A stretch of 64,000 nucleotides of DNA from Raillietiella orientalis (Eukaryota). Under the pieces are notes generated by a model that was not told the origin of the DNA, ran no database searches, and saw only the letters and a program-made list of their open reading frames with translations. Position 1 is the stretch's first letter, and each line of letters opens with the position of its first letter. The stretch spans positions 3,286,001 through 3,350,000 of the forward strand of contig JAYWIR010000015.1 of the NCBI GenBank assembly GCA_036172245.1. Reading direction: 5' to 3'. This document shows, piece by piece, positions 63,300 through 64,000 of this stretch. Position numbers and translations under genes: made by a program.

Positions 63300-64000
63300 G
63301 CTTCCTCGGTCAACTTGCGTGAACGGAGATTACCTACTACCTATTGGAAGAAACCATGGGAACAACGAGGTTGTGCTATGGAGTCAAGAGCCAGTTGTCA
63401 ATGAAATGCTTGGAAACCAACGAAACATTTGTAAGTGCCAATGGTGTTTCAAAGGTGAAAGTCGCTTGGGTGAATTCTCATAGGTGATCAAAGTACATCT
63501 TGTTTCCAGCTCCATCAACAGCTTTCTTTGAAGTTTGAGAATCCATGGAAACTTGCCGTGAGGTAGTAATAATTTGGCTTTTCTTTTTTTTTTTTTTTGG
63601 TGTTAGGTCCCTCGGTAGAGAGCAAGTGACCAAGTAGCATAGGGTTTTCAAGTATCGCCTTGCATTGAAGTCAGAAACAAAATCATCATCACCTGTCAGA
63701 ATGTTTTAAAGCATGATTCAGGCATTGCTTACTCCCTTTGTGGAAAATGCTGAGGTCTGAAGATCAGTTGCAACGATTACATGCACGTCTTTTTCTCCGA
63801 AATTTCACAAATTTACTGGTAGCACATGCCGTGGTCATTCAGAACTGGGTCACAATCATTGATTCATTCCGATGGGAAAAAACAATTTTCGTTTCGCTAA
63901 CAGCTCGATTTTTGTCAAACTTCACCGTCCAACGTCTCTTAAAGCAGCATCCGTTTATTTTCAGTGTCTCTCTATTAGATTGCAGTGAGAAATCTTCTGT
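63300..64000 (-). mobile_element. Degenerate APE-type endonuclease of a LINE, entering from the right window edge
   Basis: IVTQF*MTT (cf. I.QVY.PT) followed at plausible spacing by FVSDFNAR ~63680-63658 (cf. GDFNAR). Confidence 0.4.

Noticed and set aside
1..64000. Alternative genetic code or RNA editing hiding intact genes
   Set aside because: The recognisable motifs hop between frames and all three stop types interrupt them, which indicates indel decay rather than codon reassignment.
1..64000. CRISPR array, telomeric array or long satellite
   Set aside because: No regularly spaced repeats seen; only a single taaaccct-like word (~10742).

Overview
This window reads as eukaryotic, most likely animal, non-genic DNA rather than a prokaryotic or viral locus. 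None of the supplied ORFs resembles an intact known protein, and I found no rRNA, intact tRNA, CRISPR array or operon. Reading all six frames by eye across stops and frameshifts suggests that much of it is very old retrotransposon debris. This includes two Ty3/Gypsy-type pol fossils with RT-RNaseH-integrase order (~12.95-15.6 kb on +, ~40.0-43.0 kb on -) and more than 15 non-LTR (RTE-like and CR1/L2/Jockey-like) RT or endonuclease fragments. Between them are islands with no visible TE signal that are rich in homeodomain, TALE-Hox, RFX-like and CSL-like motifs, as expected in a large intron or gene desert near a developmental gene. The clearest structural oddity is a 512/513-bp near-identical inverted repeat (30167-30678 / 34273-34785) around a 3.6-kb spacer; its flanks suggest a recent staggered-break inversion. 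The fossils also appear to have decayed by accumulating small insertions, tandem duplications and fold-back hairpins. All TE calls are manual motif recognitions with approximate boundaries and need HMM/RepeatMasker confirmation. I cannot support a novel protein-coding system here.
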